Assembly: GCF_009834535.1 (NCBI RefSeq)
Contig: NC_045696.1
Coordinates: 43,836,001-43,900,000, forward strand
DNA from: Camelus ferus
Taxonomy: Eukaryota
DNA length: 64,000 nucleotides
Reading direction: 5' to 3'
In this document: piece by piece, positions 23,077 to 36,019 of the stretch
How the letters are laid out: every line of letters begins with the position of its first letter
How positions within the stretch are numbered: the stretch's first letter is position 1
The notes under the pieces: generated by a model
Told to the model about the DNA's origin: nothing
What the model saw: only the letters and a program-made list of their open reading frames with translations
Databases searched by the model: none
Program-made: the position numbers and the translations under genes

Positions 23077-25054
23077 TGATGCTAAGCTTTCTTTATATTT
23101 ATGTGGATACATGTTATTAATGTGTGTTTCATAAATTGTATGGAAGTATTAAAACTCTAAGTCCTTCTGTGTTAAAACTTGGAATTCTATTTTATTTTCA
23201 AATGCCATGTTACTGAAATAACCAAATTTCCTTGCCAATAGCATTATAATAAACTCTTACCAAACCTTTAACCATGACCTTTTTAAGTCTTTTTTCATTT
23301 ATAAACAGATATGTCTTACTGTGATGCTTTTGCAAATGTATTTCATCATCAGAGAGATTCATGGAAAGAACTCTGAAAATTACTCTAGAATATAGTTTTC
23401 TAAGTTAACTTTCATATCATTCCACTTAACTGGCTAAGAATTTATAGAACTCTAATGAAGAAACTGATTACTTCATAAAATTTCTAACAAAAGATCAAGA
23501 TCAACAAGAATTAATTACAAGGAGCTGAATGAACTGATGAGGATGATTATTTTATAACTTTTGTTTTATTGCTATTTCTCTATTTTGCTTTTTCAGATTT
23601 TAGGAAATATTTTTCTCTTTTCTCTTAACCTACTAACAATTTGGTAAGATATACCATTGTGAACAAAGAGTAAACATGTACTTTTTATTCCTATCTGATT
23701 CCTCTAGAACTCGAAAACTTCCAGTAAGTATTCTTACATTTTCATGGCAATATATTTATTTGCTTAAGTTCAGCAAAAAATCTGTTATCCTTATAACAGG
23801 GAAAAATTAGAAATATTAGTTATATCACCAAGATATTTGACTGGAATATCATATTTGGAAAGAGCCATGCATAGACTCAGATATGACCAGACAGCTTTAA
23901 GAAACTAAGGTTGGCTTCTTGGAGCCAATAAAATCCCTTGGAAGAAACAGCCTTGCATCTTGCTTATAGGGTTCTCAGAGGCCTTACCAGGTGAGTAAGG
24001 AGGGTCACTTCCTGGTAGGTACAGGAACTTCAATATATTTTGGGAACCTCAAGAAAAAAGGAGTTTACCCAAATAAGTATTACTGGTGAATCTGATGGCA
24101 AGTTCTTCGGCCTGGCTTCCTGGCCATAAGGGACATTTGAATGTTCAGTCGAGATTCTTGATGAAAAGTTCCAGCACAGCAGGTTTAAAAGAGGCTAATT
24201 TATGGTCAATCTCTATTTTTTGCTGTACTCATGTAAATAATTGGAACAAGTTCAATGAAACTAAATTCATTTTGCAAACAAATTAGTCTTCAGTTGGTTA
24301 TCTTTAGTAGAAATGAAGGTAGTTGTAGACAGAAAAATTGTTTCAGTAGCACACTTTTGTGGATATTAGATTTCAGTGCTGTTTTTTGTCTTTTAAGGTT
24401 TTGTTTTCTACCTGTAAAGTGTACTTCATCCTGAATTCTCCTACTTTCCTCCAGTATTTGGCTACAACTCTCTAAACTACTGTTTTTATTTTTTTCTCCC
24501 ACGCTTTTGACTTGGATTCATTAAGAACTAAAACTGCCCTGTTTCCAAAGCTTTTATGCAAGCTAAAATTTTACAACTTTATATAAACTTCAGAAAAATC
24601 ACCCCATAGCTCATTTATAAACAATCCTTATGACTGTTACTGTGTAGGCCACTTAGAATGATTACTAGGTACATTCAAACTGCAAACCAGGAATATCTGT
24701 CAGTCTGCCACCATCTGCCCTCACTCCATCTGATGATGCTTCAAGCCAGACATCTAAAAAGTCTTCTCTACTGGCTGCCCTCAGAACTCAGAAACTGGGA
24801 TTATGTTTTGCTTTAATCACTAAACATTGCTCTTATTTTGTTTCTGATGTGGTGTGGGTGTGTGTGTATGTTCTAACCTCTAAATGATATTACTAAAATT
24901 AATTTGTAAAAGTACTACCAGAACAGGATGAGAAGAAATTATCTGATGTAGACAGCTGACCCAAAAATCCAGATTTGGCCTGTATGCCAATTACTTTGAT
25001 AATTGCTCACTTTGCTCAGGAACTAAATGTATTTCACAATGTTAAAGTAAATTC

Positions 25055-25128
25055 AATTGCTAGGTTTGTGATCAGTTACCTGTATCTAGTACTTCTGGAT
25101 TACCTTGGTGGATTTCTCCACTCCAAGG
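25055..25128 (+). pseudogene. ERV env SU N-terminal relic
   Basis: Translates NC*VCDQLPVSSTSGLPWWISPLQG (CWVC-type CxxC motif with W changed to a stop). Confidence 0.8.
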
Positions 25129-25983
25129 ATCCTGTTGGTTGACCCTTAGGAAATTTATTCTAGAAGAAAGAAATTATAGTCCTTTTCAGGCCACTAGTGA
25201 TTTTATTTGGTGGGATGCCCTCACCTGGACAATTAATAATACCTGCTCTGACCCTGCCCATAAATGTTAATTTTTTTCTAAAGTTATTCAAGCTCAATCA
25301 GAGCAGCAAGCAAAATTTCAGCCAAAGAATATAATTTCCCACAATTATGGGATGAATTTATGTGGTTAACATCAGACTGTGGTCATTTAAGTTTAAAGGA
25401 TCCCTTATGCTGGGAAAAATTAAATCATACTAAGAATAACCAGACTAATACTAGGAAATTGGGCTGGGTACCTTACAGATAATGCCAATATATAATTTTT
25501 ATTAAAGACAAGGATTGGTACAGAATTGGTACACAGCTGCACCTAATGGAAGTTCTTAACTTAAATTCATACTTATGACCTTACTATACTGCTAATTATA
25601 TTATTTGCATATTGTGTTTTACAAAATTATTGTTTCTTGCATTACCGAATGTGTGACTGAGCTTCTGATAAAATGATGATGTGGCAACTTGAAGCAGTTA
25701 ACCAGATATATAGTTATATAGGAAATTTGTAATTATAATAGTGTAATTCTAGATATGAGAAGAAGCAATAAGAGGGAATATTTCCCTGGATCATAACAGA
25801 TGAGTAAAATAGGTGGTCCAGAGAATTTTGGCTACTATTAGTAAGTCTAGCAATAGGACATTGAGTGGCCTTAACAACGAAATCCTCACCTGACCTAGGA
25901 ATGAGCATTCCTAGCACCATAGAAAAAAATGGTTATAAAATGCCTCCCAAGCTATTGTGGAATCTATCATCATGAGGGAGCCC

Positions 25984-26240
25984 TGACAACTAAAACTGGT
26001 GCTTGCCATCTGCTTCTACAAGGATTAAGTCACAAGCCACTGCAATTGCTGTCCTTCAGCACACCCTAAAAGGAGTTCAGGGTGGAGGTCAGGAATGAGG
26101 TAGTCAGTTCTCTAAGATAAACTGGCAGAACAGACCTTCAGATAGTTAGATGTTTTCAGGAGAAGATTTTATGAGCCCAAATTCTTGAATTTCCTCATAT
26201 CTAGAAACACACTAAAATCATTAGTGGTGACATCTTCTTT
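25984..26240 (+). mobile_element. Truncated MER41-like ERV1 LTR preceded by its own internal 3' sequence (~25130-25983), splitting the env relic
   Basis: Purine tract gagggagccc, then tgacaactaaaactggtgcttgccat. Shares motifs (cagatagttagatg, cactaaaatc) with the LTR at 26922. Confidence 0.6.
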
Positions 26241-26481
26241 GGCCATTAAGGAGAGAGATGCATTTGAAAGCCAAAATGGAATAATTGTAGTTCAGACATC
26301 CAAGGTAAAACTAGGCAGCCATTGTAGACATAATTCCAGGCAAGTTTCTGTATTGCTGTGAACTTGAGTTTTCTGAGCTGTGTCAGACTTGGAACACCAC
26401 CAGCCATTTTCAAAGCAGTGTCTGCTGGCAACTGGTAGCTGCAACCTTATGGTTTCAAGGTCTCCTCTTATAATTAAGTTT

Positions 26482-26570
26482 TTAGACAATAAGTTGCTTT
26501 AGATCAGATATTAACAGAAAAGAGAGACTTATGTGTAGTGGTCAATAGTTCCTATTATGTATATCTAAAT
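26482..26570 (+). pseudogene. ERV env TM relic (immunosuppressive domain and decayed CX6CC)
   Basis: With one frameshift it reads LDN(K)VALDQILTEKRDLCVVVNSSYYVYLN, comparable to the class I consensus LDNRIALDYLLAEQGGVCAVANTSCCTYIN. Confidence 0.8.
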
Positions 26571-26921
26571 GTCACATCAGAAGTTAAAATTAGACACCTG
26601 GCTACCTGGCTACAAGCCTCCCCAAAGTGCCGGGTCCAGATTGGGTTTCAGGTTTATTATCCTGACTCCCTCAAAGAATGAGATCTATTTTGTCAAGGTT
26701 TGGGTTGTTACTCCTACATCTAACTGGGTCTGTTGAACGAAAATGGCATACCAAGTGATTGATTCTTAATCATACTAGGCTCAGATCAAGGACTTGAAAC
26801 TGGAATCTTTTCAACTTGATGTCCATTTCCCAAACTGTGGCAGGACTATGCCCTGTTTTAGCAGGAAGTAGCCAGAGTGGTCATCACCCCATTCCCTGAA
26901 AGATTTAGGAAAGGATCAAAA

Positions 26922-27403
26922 TGTGAATGAAAAATACTACAAACTATATCAGTAAACAAATAATGCTGAAGCCATCAGGTCATCAGCCGCTGCCCCACCA
27001 CCACCACCACCTGTGAGGACAAGCTTGCAGCCCAGCCTCCGCAGCCACTCACAATGGTGCCCTCTGAGGGGACTCAGAATAAGAAAGGACAAGATACTGG
27101 CCCTAGATGGCTAGATGCTTGTTAAAGGAATGAATTCAGTGAGCCATTTGCTTCCTCCCATGCATAGTAAAGCACTAAATTCTGTAACTTGCAATGCCTG
27201 GTTTTGTTTAGATAACAAGTAATCTTTTATTGTTCCAACTACCTGGTCTTTGTAGTAAAGCTCCTATATATCCTAGCTCCTCCCCTACCTCTTCGGAGCA
27301 GTCCCTCAGAGCAATCTGAGTGGCTGTCATCCCGGCTCGAGTCCTCCCGCCAGATAAAACATAACTCTTTAACTTTTAGGCTGTGCATTTATTTCAGCCG
27401 ACA
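26922..27403 (+). mobile_element. Solo ERV1 LTR (MER41-like), copy 1 of an inverted pair
   Basis: TGTGAATGA...CCGACA termini, 4 bp TSD AAAA, TATA box (ctcctatatatcc). Confidence 0.9.
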
Positions 27404-27499
27404 AAAATAAAGGAGGGATTGAAACAGAGTCCCTCTAAAACTGGCTTTCTCTGCTGAGTTTATGACCAACCCCCCTCTATCCAAAATTTTATTCCTTTT

Positions 27500-27950
27500 C
27501 TTGTTCAACAGCTGCTCTTCTCAACATTGAGGAGTATCAAAAGAAAAGGGGGGAAATGATACCAAGCAGGACCCTGTGGTGTCCTCCCTGGCACAAATCT
27601 TTCCATGTTCCCATTTTTTTGTTCGTAGGAAATAGGCTTCCTTTAGCCTCCTTGACCTTCCATGAGCTCCAGAGGGGAGATTCAAACAGCTGTTAATCTG
27701 GAAAGGGAGGGAATGCAGAGGTGGGGGAGGAACAGTCAAGAAACAATAGTGCAGCCTTAAGGCACAGTCCTGGTTCCTCCTTAAGGAATATACATAACAA
27801 TGTCTCTAAGTTATTTTGAAGATACTAATGTGCCCTCAACCCCTGCCCATTGTTGTGACTGAGCAGAATCTTCAGAGATTGGGGGGGGGGGGGTGGCTCT
27901 TGGTCCACCAGATTGCTGGCATTCTGACTAAAAGCAACTTTCCTTTTTGT
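27500..27950 (+). mobile_element. PPT plus partial ERV1 LTR of another family, nested in the LTR starting at 27420
   Basis: aaagaaaaggggggaaa followed by tgataccaagcaggaccctgtgg; this start is homologous to the reverse complement of the end of the LTR at 30773-32253. Confidence 0.65.
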
Positions 27951-28945
27951 TACCAAGGATGTTGCCTCCAGGCAACATGCCCCTGCCCCTCCCTTGACTA
28001 TAAACCAATTATTCTTATCTAAGTCTCAGGAGGTAATTGCAACCAGAAGAAATAAGAGATTAGAACAATGGAGCCCAAGATAGTGGAGGATTTGATTTCC
28101 AGTGAAACTTGAGCCTCATTATACACTCATAAAGTATTAGCATGCTAAATGACACACCCGTCAGCACCTTGACAGTTGACAGTTTCCATGACAACAATGA
28201 GAAAAGCCCATACAAGGTCTGAGAAGCCCATACGAGGACCCACTGGCTCTAGCACACTGGAATGAGGACATGATGTGAGAGCTTTTCTTCCCTTCTCCCT
28301 GCTCAAGCTCTTTCCTTCCTTTTCCTCTTTTGAGAAATAAAGCAGCTTTCACTCTGTTCCTCTGACTCAGCTATGAATTCTTTCTAGCTGGCAGGCAAGA
28401 ACCCACCTTTTGTGAGATCCTTGTTCTAAGGGGGCATCTTCCATTCACTAACATTTCCATAGAAATGCCTCTTATCAAATACCTGATTGCTTGTACATTA
28501 TGGACCTAACTTTGGCAGCCCACCTGCTTCACCACCATCTGAAAGGAGTTTCACTGAACTGACCTATTATCAGGACTAAGAGACTGGCTCAATGAGATAT
28601 AAAGCAACCTATCAACTCAACTTCTGGACTGTGAAACTTCTTGGAGAAGTTTTAAAGATGGCACTGCAGTGAAGCAAAATTTGCCACCCTTAAAGTGTAA
28701 TCTCTTAGTCATGGAGATTATTTCAATCTGAAAATAATCAAAGCTTGAAAGATTCAGGAAAAATCTGCCTTAAGGAATTTAGATAGCATGAAACTGTTCC
28801 AGGTAGGGAGCTATCACTATAGTATAATATGAACTAGATATGGTCACAAGGAGGAACTTAGCAAAGTCTCTTTGTTAAAATTCCTCACTATGTCCCATTG
28901 TTTCTTTATGGCCCTTCAAACATTTGTTTACCAGACATTTTCTCA

Positions 28946-29800
28946 CAGGAAGGAAAATCATTCTTCTACTCTTCTAGGTTCTTCTGAGTGGTCTAAGAAT
29001 TAGACAAATTAACAGGAGAAAAACAAGCAAAAGTTTAATCACATGGATATCTTCTATGTACATGGCAGAGACTCAGGAAAACTTAGTATTTCTCCAAAAT
29101 GGCTAAAGCCCTTACCTTAAATACCATTTTTAAAATTTTGGAAATAATAGTTTGGAACTTGAAAGGGGATTAAGATAATTCACATGGAGATGGAAAGGCA
29201 AATGTTTGGTAAACAAGGGTTTGTTGTCCCAAGGAGAGACAATAGGACACAGGACTTTGGACTCCAGGCCCTGCTGAGTTCCCCTACCACACCTGGCCCA
29301 TACTCTTTGTCAGTATCTCTGTTGGTAGTGCTCTTCCTGGACCAGGCTCTATATCTAAATTCTTTAGATAGCTGACAGAGAGGTAAAAAGAAAGTCTTCC
29401 TAAGTCTTTGGTTTCTTGAAAATAATCAGCTTAAAATAATCCTCATGCCAAAGAGACACATTTTGGGGTCGTTGCTGAGTCCAAACTCATTCTGCTCGCC
29501 ACATGATAGGGCAATAAATTGGGAGACAAGGTGTTAGGGAAGGAATAGTGACTTTATTCAGAAAGCTAGCAGACCAAGAGGATGGCAGACTAATGTCTTG
29601 GAGAACCATTCTGCTCTAATCAGAATACAGGCTCCTTTTATGCAAAAAATAAGGGAGGTTGTGTGGTTGATTGCTGTAATGCTACAGGCATTCTTTGTTC
29701 TTGCAGCCATCCCCATGGGCTAGGTCATGGTGTCCCTGTAAACTTCCAACAAAACAAAGGATATTCTCTACTTCAGGGTGACAAATTTTGCTTTCCTACA
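28946..29800 (-). mobile_element. MER34-like solo LTR, antisense, abutting the truncated proviral 3' LTR
   Basis: Reverse complement begins tgtaggaaagcaaaatttgtcaccc...aaaatgtgtctctttggcatgagg, homologous to the LTR at 34927. Split by the LTR at 29470-29775. Confidence 0.85.
29470..29775 (-). mobile_element. Short solo ERV1 LTR nested in the MER34-like LTR
   Basis: Flanked by 4 bp TSD GGGT (29466-69, 29776-79). TTTATT at ~29553 gives the orientation. Confidence 0.85.
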
Positions 29801-30772
29801 ATTTCCTTGATTAAACTAATTGGTTCAGATATTTTTTATATAATCCTTTTTATATACATAACACAATTTTAATGTACTTGATTACATAGGGGCTAGTCTT
29901 TGGCAATCCATTCTGAACTATGATAAAATTTTATGCCAGGCAAGTGATACATTTTATAGTTAGCAATTATTTGCTAAACATAATGGATCATTGGTATCTC
30001 TCACCAAGTAATACATATATATTTTTAATTATTGTCATTAGCATGGCCAGTGAAGTTTTCTTACCCAAAGTGAAAAGTAGAAATCTTCATTCTATTTTAT
30101 TCTCTTATGGGTTTGAGAAAAAGATGATTAATATAGTGTTTAATTTCCAAATTATTTCTTGCTTAGTTACTTACATATTTCCTGACATTCCTTGTTAAAT
30201 ATGAAAAACATAAAGTAGGAATACATTTGTATTGACTGCAATATATCTTACAGCTTGGGTGGTACAAAAAATTTTTCGCCAATACTCAACAATTACTTAT
30301 ACTTGCCTCTTATCTCAATATGGAATATTTTAAAATCATAAATATTTCACAGTACCATTTCAGACATTTATCTATTTAATGTTTTGAATTGAATGCAGAT
30401 AGATTTTTAATGTATTTTTCACAAGTGACTTGAATATTCTTTTTTAAATTAGTAGCTATATGTGGTTAAAACATTTAACTTATTGTAAATAAAAGGGCAA
30501 AAATTTTGTTTTGACATATATCTGTAATTTGGTCTTCAATAAAAAGTAATCTGTGAAAATTCAATAGGGCAGTTTTTATCACTTGGGGAGGCAAATGAGT
30601 AGAAAAATCATAGTTTAATGTCAGACAAATATGGATATTTCCTTTAATTTTGCTTATGGAAACCTGAGAGATCCCAGAACATGTTACTTAATATTTCTAA
30701 TTCCTGAATCCTCACCTGTAGAATAGAAGTGATGGCACCTAGTCCACAGATTGTTTGACTGTTAAATGATGT

Positions 30773-32253
30773 TGTTACTGAACTCTGATTTGGCTGTCAC
30801 TGCTTAAAAGTCAGTAGTTCAAGAGGTGTCTTGACCGAAATAAATGCACAACCTAAAAGTTGAGAGTTGTTTTACTTGGCAGGAGGACTCGAGCCGGGAT
30901 GACAGCCACTCAGATTGCTCTGAGGGACTGCTCCGAAGAGGTAGGGGAGGAGCTAGGATATATAGGAGCTTTACTACAAAGACCAGGTAGTTGGAACAAT
31001 AAAAGATTACTTGTTATCTAAACAAAACCAGGCATTGCAAGTTACAGAATTTAGTGCTTTACTATGCATGGGAGGAAGCAAATGGCTCACTGAATTCATT
31101 CCTTTAACAAGCATCTAGCCATCTAGGGCCAGTATCTTGTCCTTTCTTATTCTGAGTCCCCTCAGAGGGCACCATTGTGAGTGGCTGCGGAGGCTGGGCT
31201 GCAGGCTTGTCTTCACTGGGGGGTAGTGGCTGATGACTTGATGGCTTCAGCATTATTTGTTTACTGATATGATTTGCAGTATTTGTCATTCACAGGTGTC
31301 ATTAGAAAGCAAAGGTGCTTTAATCAGTAAAGCTGATAATCTGGGGAAATGGTAGACTCATGTCCAGAGATTATCTCCAAAGATTCTACTCAGCCATGCC
31401 ATGAGAGTTTTTAAAGGGAAAAATGGGGGAGAGGAGAATCTGAGTGAATCATTGAGGTAAGAGTTGTGTTCTGCATCATTCTCCATTGTGTGCAGACTGG
31501 CTGACCCTCTTTTCAGATGTTATCTTGCCCCTGTGATCTGCCTGCAGGATTGCTAAGAGGGTTGTCGAGGGTAGAGACCAAATCATTCTTTAGCTGCTTA
31601 ATTCTTTATTCTTCTTTTTTATCTAGGAGAAGAATCAACAGGTTAAAGAAGGCATGGTGTGCATTTAAGAGAGTGTAAGTCAGGAGTTAATTTAAATTGC
31701 TTAATGATCTCATTCCAATAATTAGCATCTTTTAAAGTTAGAGGGAAAACAGAAATGGGTGAACAGGAAAGGGGCAAAAGAGCTGCTTTCAATTCCCCAC
31801 TATCAAACATCATTCCATTTCTAAGGGATTAGGGGCAAAAATCCATCACCTGTACTCTCTTCATACTGACATAGGGTACCATATTCTCAGAGTGGAAGAT
31901 GTTCACATGGGTCTGTAGCATCTCTCTGATGACAATTTTAGTTCCCCAGTTACATATACAGGCAGAGTAAGCTATAATTATTTTGATGTCCACTAAGATA
32001 TAGATTATTATGAGCAATCCCATTCTTTTGAGGCCAGTTCTTGAAATTGTGCTAGCCATAGATTCAGTACTGCTCATGTTACAGTCTGGTCATGATATAG
32101 TTAGCTTTTTCCTCCAGGAGCCATTATAGTATCTGTCGAATAACTCAGGAATGTCTATCAGACACTGAGTCTGTGACTCTATTGTCCTAATCATTAACTG
32201 CTCAGTTTTATACTGGGGACAGGGCTGGGGCCACAGGGTTCTGCTTGGTTCCA
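30773..32253 (-). mobile_element. Long solo ERV1 LTR (MER31/MER67-like) inserted in a MIR, itself split by the LTR at 30829-31294
   Basis: TG...CA termini with 4 bp TSD ATGT (30769-72, 32254-57). MIR-like sequence on both flanks. Confidence 0.8.
30829..31294 (-). mobile_element. Solo ERV1 LTR (MER41-like), copy 2 of the inverted pair
   Basis: Reverse complement of 26922-27403, with its own 4 bp TSD GGTG (30825-28, 31295-98). Confidence 0.9.
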
Positions 32254-34169
32254 ATGTTACTTGTAAAGCAATTACCAGAGTTCTACAGTGTTAGTAAACA
32301 CTAAATAGATAACAAATATTTACTTTAATTAGTTGGTGTGTTTCTTAGATGGAGTTCAGCGATTGTGTGGTTTGTGAGATAGCATGTCTAGCACCATTAG
32401 ATTAAAGAGAATATGTTCCTACTTTGTACTAACTTACTGAAAATCATTTTGGCTTAATTTCACTACAATAGCACTTTGTCACCAATTTACTTTGAAGTAT
32501 ACTCTATATTACCATTAATCATTGCAGTTTTTATCTTATAGAAAGTACCCTTTTACTCGTATGTGCATTTATAACTCTTTGGTTTGTGCCTGGTATAAAC
32601 ATTTATTGAGGGAATGTATATGTGAGTCAGTGTGAGTTTGAGCCCTGAGTAGTGGACCACCAACTAAGCAGAAACTGAGAAGAGGTGGTATCTGGGATAA
32701 AACAGCAACTCATTTGGAAATAAGGAACTCATTTGGGATTGCTGTGTTTTGGGAAAAGGCAAGAGAGTAGTGCATAAAATAATGTAACCAAATTTATGTA
32801 TAAAGCACCATTAAGTGACTGGAGCAAAAGAATAATGCCATTATTAAAGCAACAATAATTAAAGAAATGGAAGTAAATTATATTTCAGAAGCATTGTGTT
32901 CTTTAAGGAGAGCAAGAGAGACAAAGGAATAGCTTTATGGAATCATACACTAAGGTGTGGGTAGAGAAAGGGAGTGAAAGACAAAGTAAGACACTAGATT
33001 GATTGGAAAGAGAAAAAGAAGGAAATGCAGTGTCACACAAGGCAAAAGAACTTATCAAAGAGAGACTGGTCAGCTCTCTGATATCAGACTTATAATTTCA
33101 GTAAGATAAGAAGTTAAGAGACAAGAAGAATTGGCAAGTAAAAAGTCATTGCTGACTCTATTGAGTCAATTCAGTGGAGTAATCCTGAGGGTGGAGGAAA
33201 ACTGGGAAATAAGGAAAGGAGTAAGCACCCATTTTGTACCCATTAAAATACCCATTTAAAGTATGGTGGTGAATGCAAGGAGAAACTTCTCTAAGAGAGA
33301 ATATGCATATTGATATACCAAGGGAGAAGGCAGATTTACTTATTGAAGTTAACTAGCATAGCATGGCTATAATGTAGAAAGAAGTTAGAGTACTTCTTGT
33401 GAATTTAATATTGAAAAGTCGCAAGGGCATGGCTTTGATAGGAGTTTTATGTAAGGGAAGAATAATGAGTAGTAATATTATTATATGCTGAATTAAGAGT
33501 AAATTATTCAGGTAATTCATAACAGAAAGATTTATAGTCTTTGAAACATTTGAAAGTGAAGAGAATCAGCATGGGATTTGGGTAATGAAAATGTGTATAT
33601 TAAGAACTATTTAAGGATTGAAATATGAAGTAATTTGGAGTTGAATTTCAGGGTTTACAGGACATATTGAGAAATCTAGATGAAAATAGTAAAATCCTGG
33701 AAAAATTTCTGAATCTCTTATTTATAAAATATAAATAATAAACTTTACTATGTGAAATTATTGCCAGGATTTTATAAAATATGTTTGAGGTATCTATATT
33801 GATTTAATGATGCAGATTAAATAAACTAGACATGAGGGGAAGAAAATGTTTTGTTTCTTTGACACCAAGTGTGTGATACCTGTTTGTGATAATTCACTGG
33901 GAAATCTAGAATAAATAAATCAGAAGGAAAAGGGTAAAAAAAATGGAGGAAAAATAAGGTGTCATTGGGATATTGGATGTGGAATTAGTGCAAGTGAGAA
34001 AAATTTAAAAAAGAAAAGAATTAGCAAGATTAGTGGCTGTTGTCATGAAGGGAAAGTCTAAACAAGATAATTTTTAGAAGAGAAAGTGTCTGATAATAAG
34101 ACTTATCATATGGCTCTAATGAATAGTAAAGGTTGTTGTTACTGGACTGTCCAGATCCTAAAAGATACA

Positions 34170-34173
<4 letters not shown>

Positions 34174-34207
<34 letters not shown>

Positions 34208-34244
34208 CACGTACATATATATACATATATATATATACACACAC
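34174..34244. repeat. Compound (TG)n/(TA)n/(CA)n microsatellite
   Basis: Seen directly. Confidence 0.95.
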
Positions 34245-34926
34245 ATCTGATCTGAAACAGTGTATACCAAAATGTTAATGGTGCTACAAGACTTGGTGGA
34301 GACAATATCTTTATAGTTGTTTTAAACCTGTAACTTTTTTTTACTACTAACAGTAAGTTCTATTATAATAATTTCTAAAATTTTTCTTTATAAGACTAAA
34401 TACCAGGATTTCTGATGTTGCTTTAGTGTGTCCTAACCTATCTGTGAATCTGCAAATATTTTACTTTAAGACAACAAAATTTGTTGAATTCTATCTCATG
34501 CAATACAGAGGGAGGCACAAAGATTGATATTGTAGATATAGCACTTAAACAAATTACGTTCTAATAAGGAGAGGAACATGAAAATAACTATACCATAAAC
34601 CAAACTGGAATTAGTGAAGCATATGAAAGAAAAAAGCTATTGTGCTGTGGTAATTGAGAAAGAACTACTTATTGTGACTTAGAGAAAGCTTCCTGCAGGA
34701 AGTAAAAGCACTGTGCCTTTCATTTTCATCATTTATTATTTCTGTCTTCTCTTTGCCCTCTTTTGGGATCCTCTCTCCATTTTAATTTCTCCCTTTGGAG
34801 TACAATCCTAAAAATATATCTTGTCATTGGAAGAATGTTTTTACATGTGACTTAGGGAGATTTCACTACCCTTTCCTATTTTCATCAGCCTTCAATTATG
34901 ATTATGAGCAGGAAAAGCTAGTAGAC

Positions 34927-35495
34927 TACAGTGGAACAAAATTTGCCACCCCAAAATGTGTCTCTTTGGCATGGGGATTATTTCCAGCTGAAAACAATCG
35001 AGGCCCAAAAGACTCAGGAAGGGCATTTGAATTTCCCCTTTAACTGCCTCAAAGAAATTAGATAAAGGACCTATTCCAGGATAGTTATGTATCACCAGAG
35101 ATAACTTTGGTATGATATAAACTAAGTGTGGTAGTCAGGGAAGAACCTAGTAAAGTCTGTTTGTTAAAACTCCTCTCTGTGCCCCATTGTTTCTCTAAGG
35201 TACAGCAAACATTTGTTTACCAAACATTTGCATTTTCATCTCCATGTGAATTGTCTACTTCCCCTTTGAAGTCCTAAACCACTATGCCAAACATCATCTT
35301 GTGTCTTTAGCTGAAGATGATATTTAAGGTGAGGGCTTCAGTCATTTTTGTTACTCAGTTCTCCTGGGTCTCTCCCATGTATTTATATTATTAAAGTTTT
35401 GTTCAGTCTTCTTTTTTAATCTGTTTCACATCAGTTTAATTCTTAGACCAGCCAGAAGAACCTAGAAGGGTAGAGAAAATTTTTTCCTTTCTACA
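34927..35495 (+). mobile_element. MER34-like solo LTR
   Basis: aaaatttgccaccccaaaatgtgtctctttggcat start motif, ends cctttctaca, TSD agac/aggc. Confidence 0.88.
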
Positions 35496-36019
35496 AGGCA
35501 ATTCTACCCCACATTCCTTTTCCCTTTCTCAAATGTACTGTGTGTATTCTAATGATCAAGAACATTTCTGGGACTTGAAAAAATCAAGATGTGAAGACAT
35601 TTAAAAGAGGAAGTTACGAAAAATCCATGAGAAGAGAAGTTTTAGTCATTGCCCTTTAATTTAAAGCCCTGAATTGAGTTTTATATGAGTTAGGAAAGAG
35701 ATGAATCATCTATGAAAGAATAGCTAGAAACATAGTTTCAAAGGAGCCATTTAGCATGCTTAAAATCAGGACTCAGAGATGGACTAGAGCAATGTCCCCA
35801 CTACATTCTTCCTCAACCAAAGGCCAAAGCACTCAACTATTGTAACAAGCTTACATACAAATTATCAACTGCTTACTTGCTTCTAGAGCATCATTGCCCT
35901 ATAATTTGATTTAAGATATATATATATGTATGTATAAAATCCCTGTAAAGAAAACTACTCAAAGAAAAGTGAATGTTCTAAATACTTAATCACATAGAGT
36001 CTTGGACTAGATGTAAGTT

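Larger units (their letters stand above)
24845..28453 (+). mobile_element. Second, env-bearing ERV1 remnant nested in the MER34-like provirus (5' part deleted; 3' LTR region 27420-28453)
   Basis: Bounded by TG...CA with TTTC on both sides (24841-44, 28454-57); the host sequence rejoins across it. PPT aaaataaaggagggat precedes the TG at 27420. Confidence 0.7.
17355..28945 (+). mobile_element. Non-autonomous ERV1 provirus with MER34-like LTRs (5' LTR ~17355-17741; 3' LTR 28665-~28945, truncated), interrupted by nested elements
   Basis: The two LTR segments are homologous (ctgcct.aaggaattt...gaggaac.tagcaaagtct...tttatggccc). The 5' LTR ends in CA followed by a PBS. Gag MA relic QWPDNGSFVLEKLLY at ~18549; protease relic at 20010-20195; long AT-rich non-coding interior; degenerate PPT before the TG at 28665. 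Confidence 0.85.

Noticed and set aside
25055..26760. Domesticated env (syncytin/HEMO-like) gene
   Set aside because: Stop codon in the CxxC motif, frameshift in the ISD, CX6CC cysteines lost, and interruption by another element; no ORF.
27404..30828. Fixed inversion of the spacer between the inverted LTRs
   Set aside because: TSDs are not swapped, and the host elements continue correctly across both LTRs.
26922..31294. Inverted pair as TIRs of a DNA transposon, or as the two LTRs of one provirus
   Set aside because: Each copy is a solo LTR with its own different 4 bp TSD, and proviral LTRs are direct rather than inverted.
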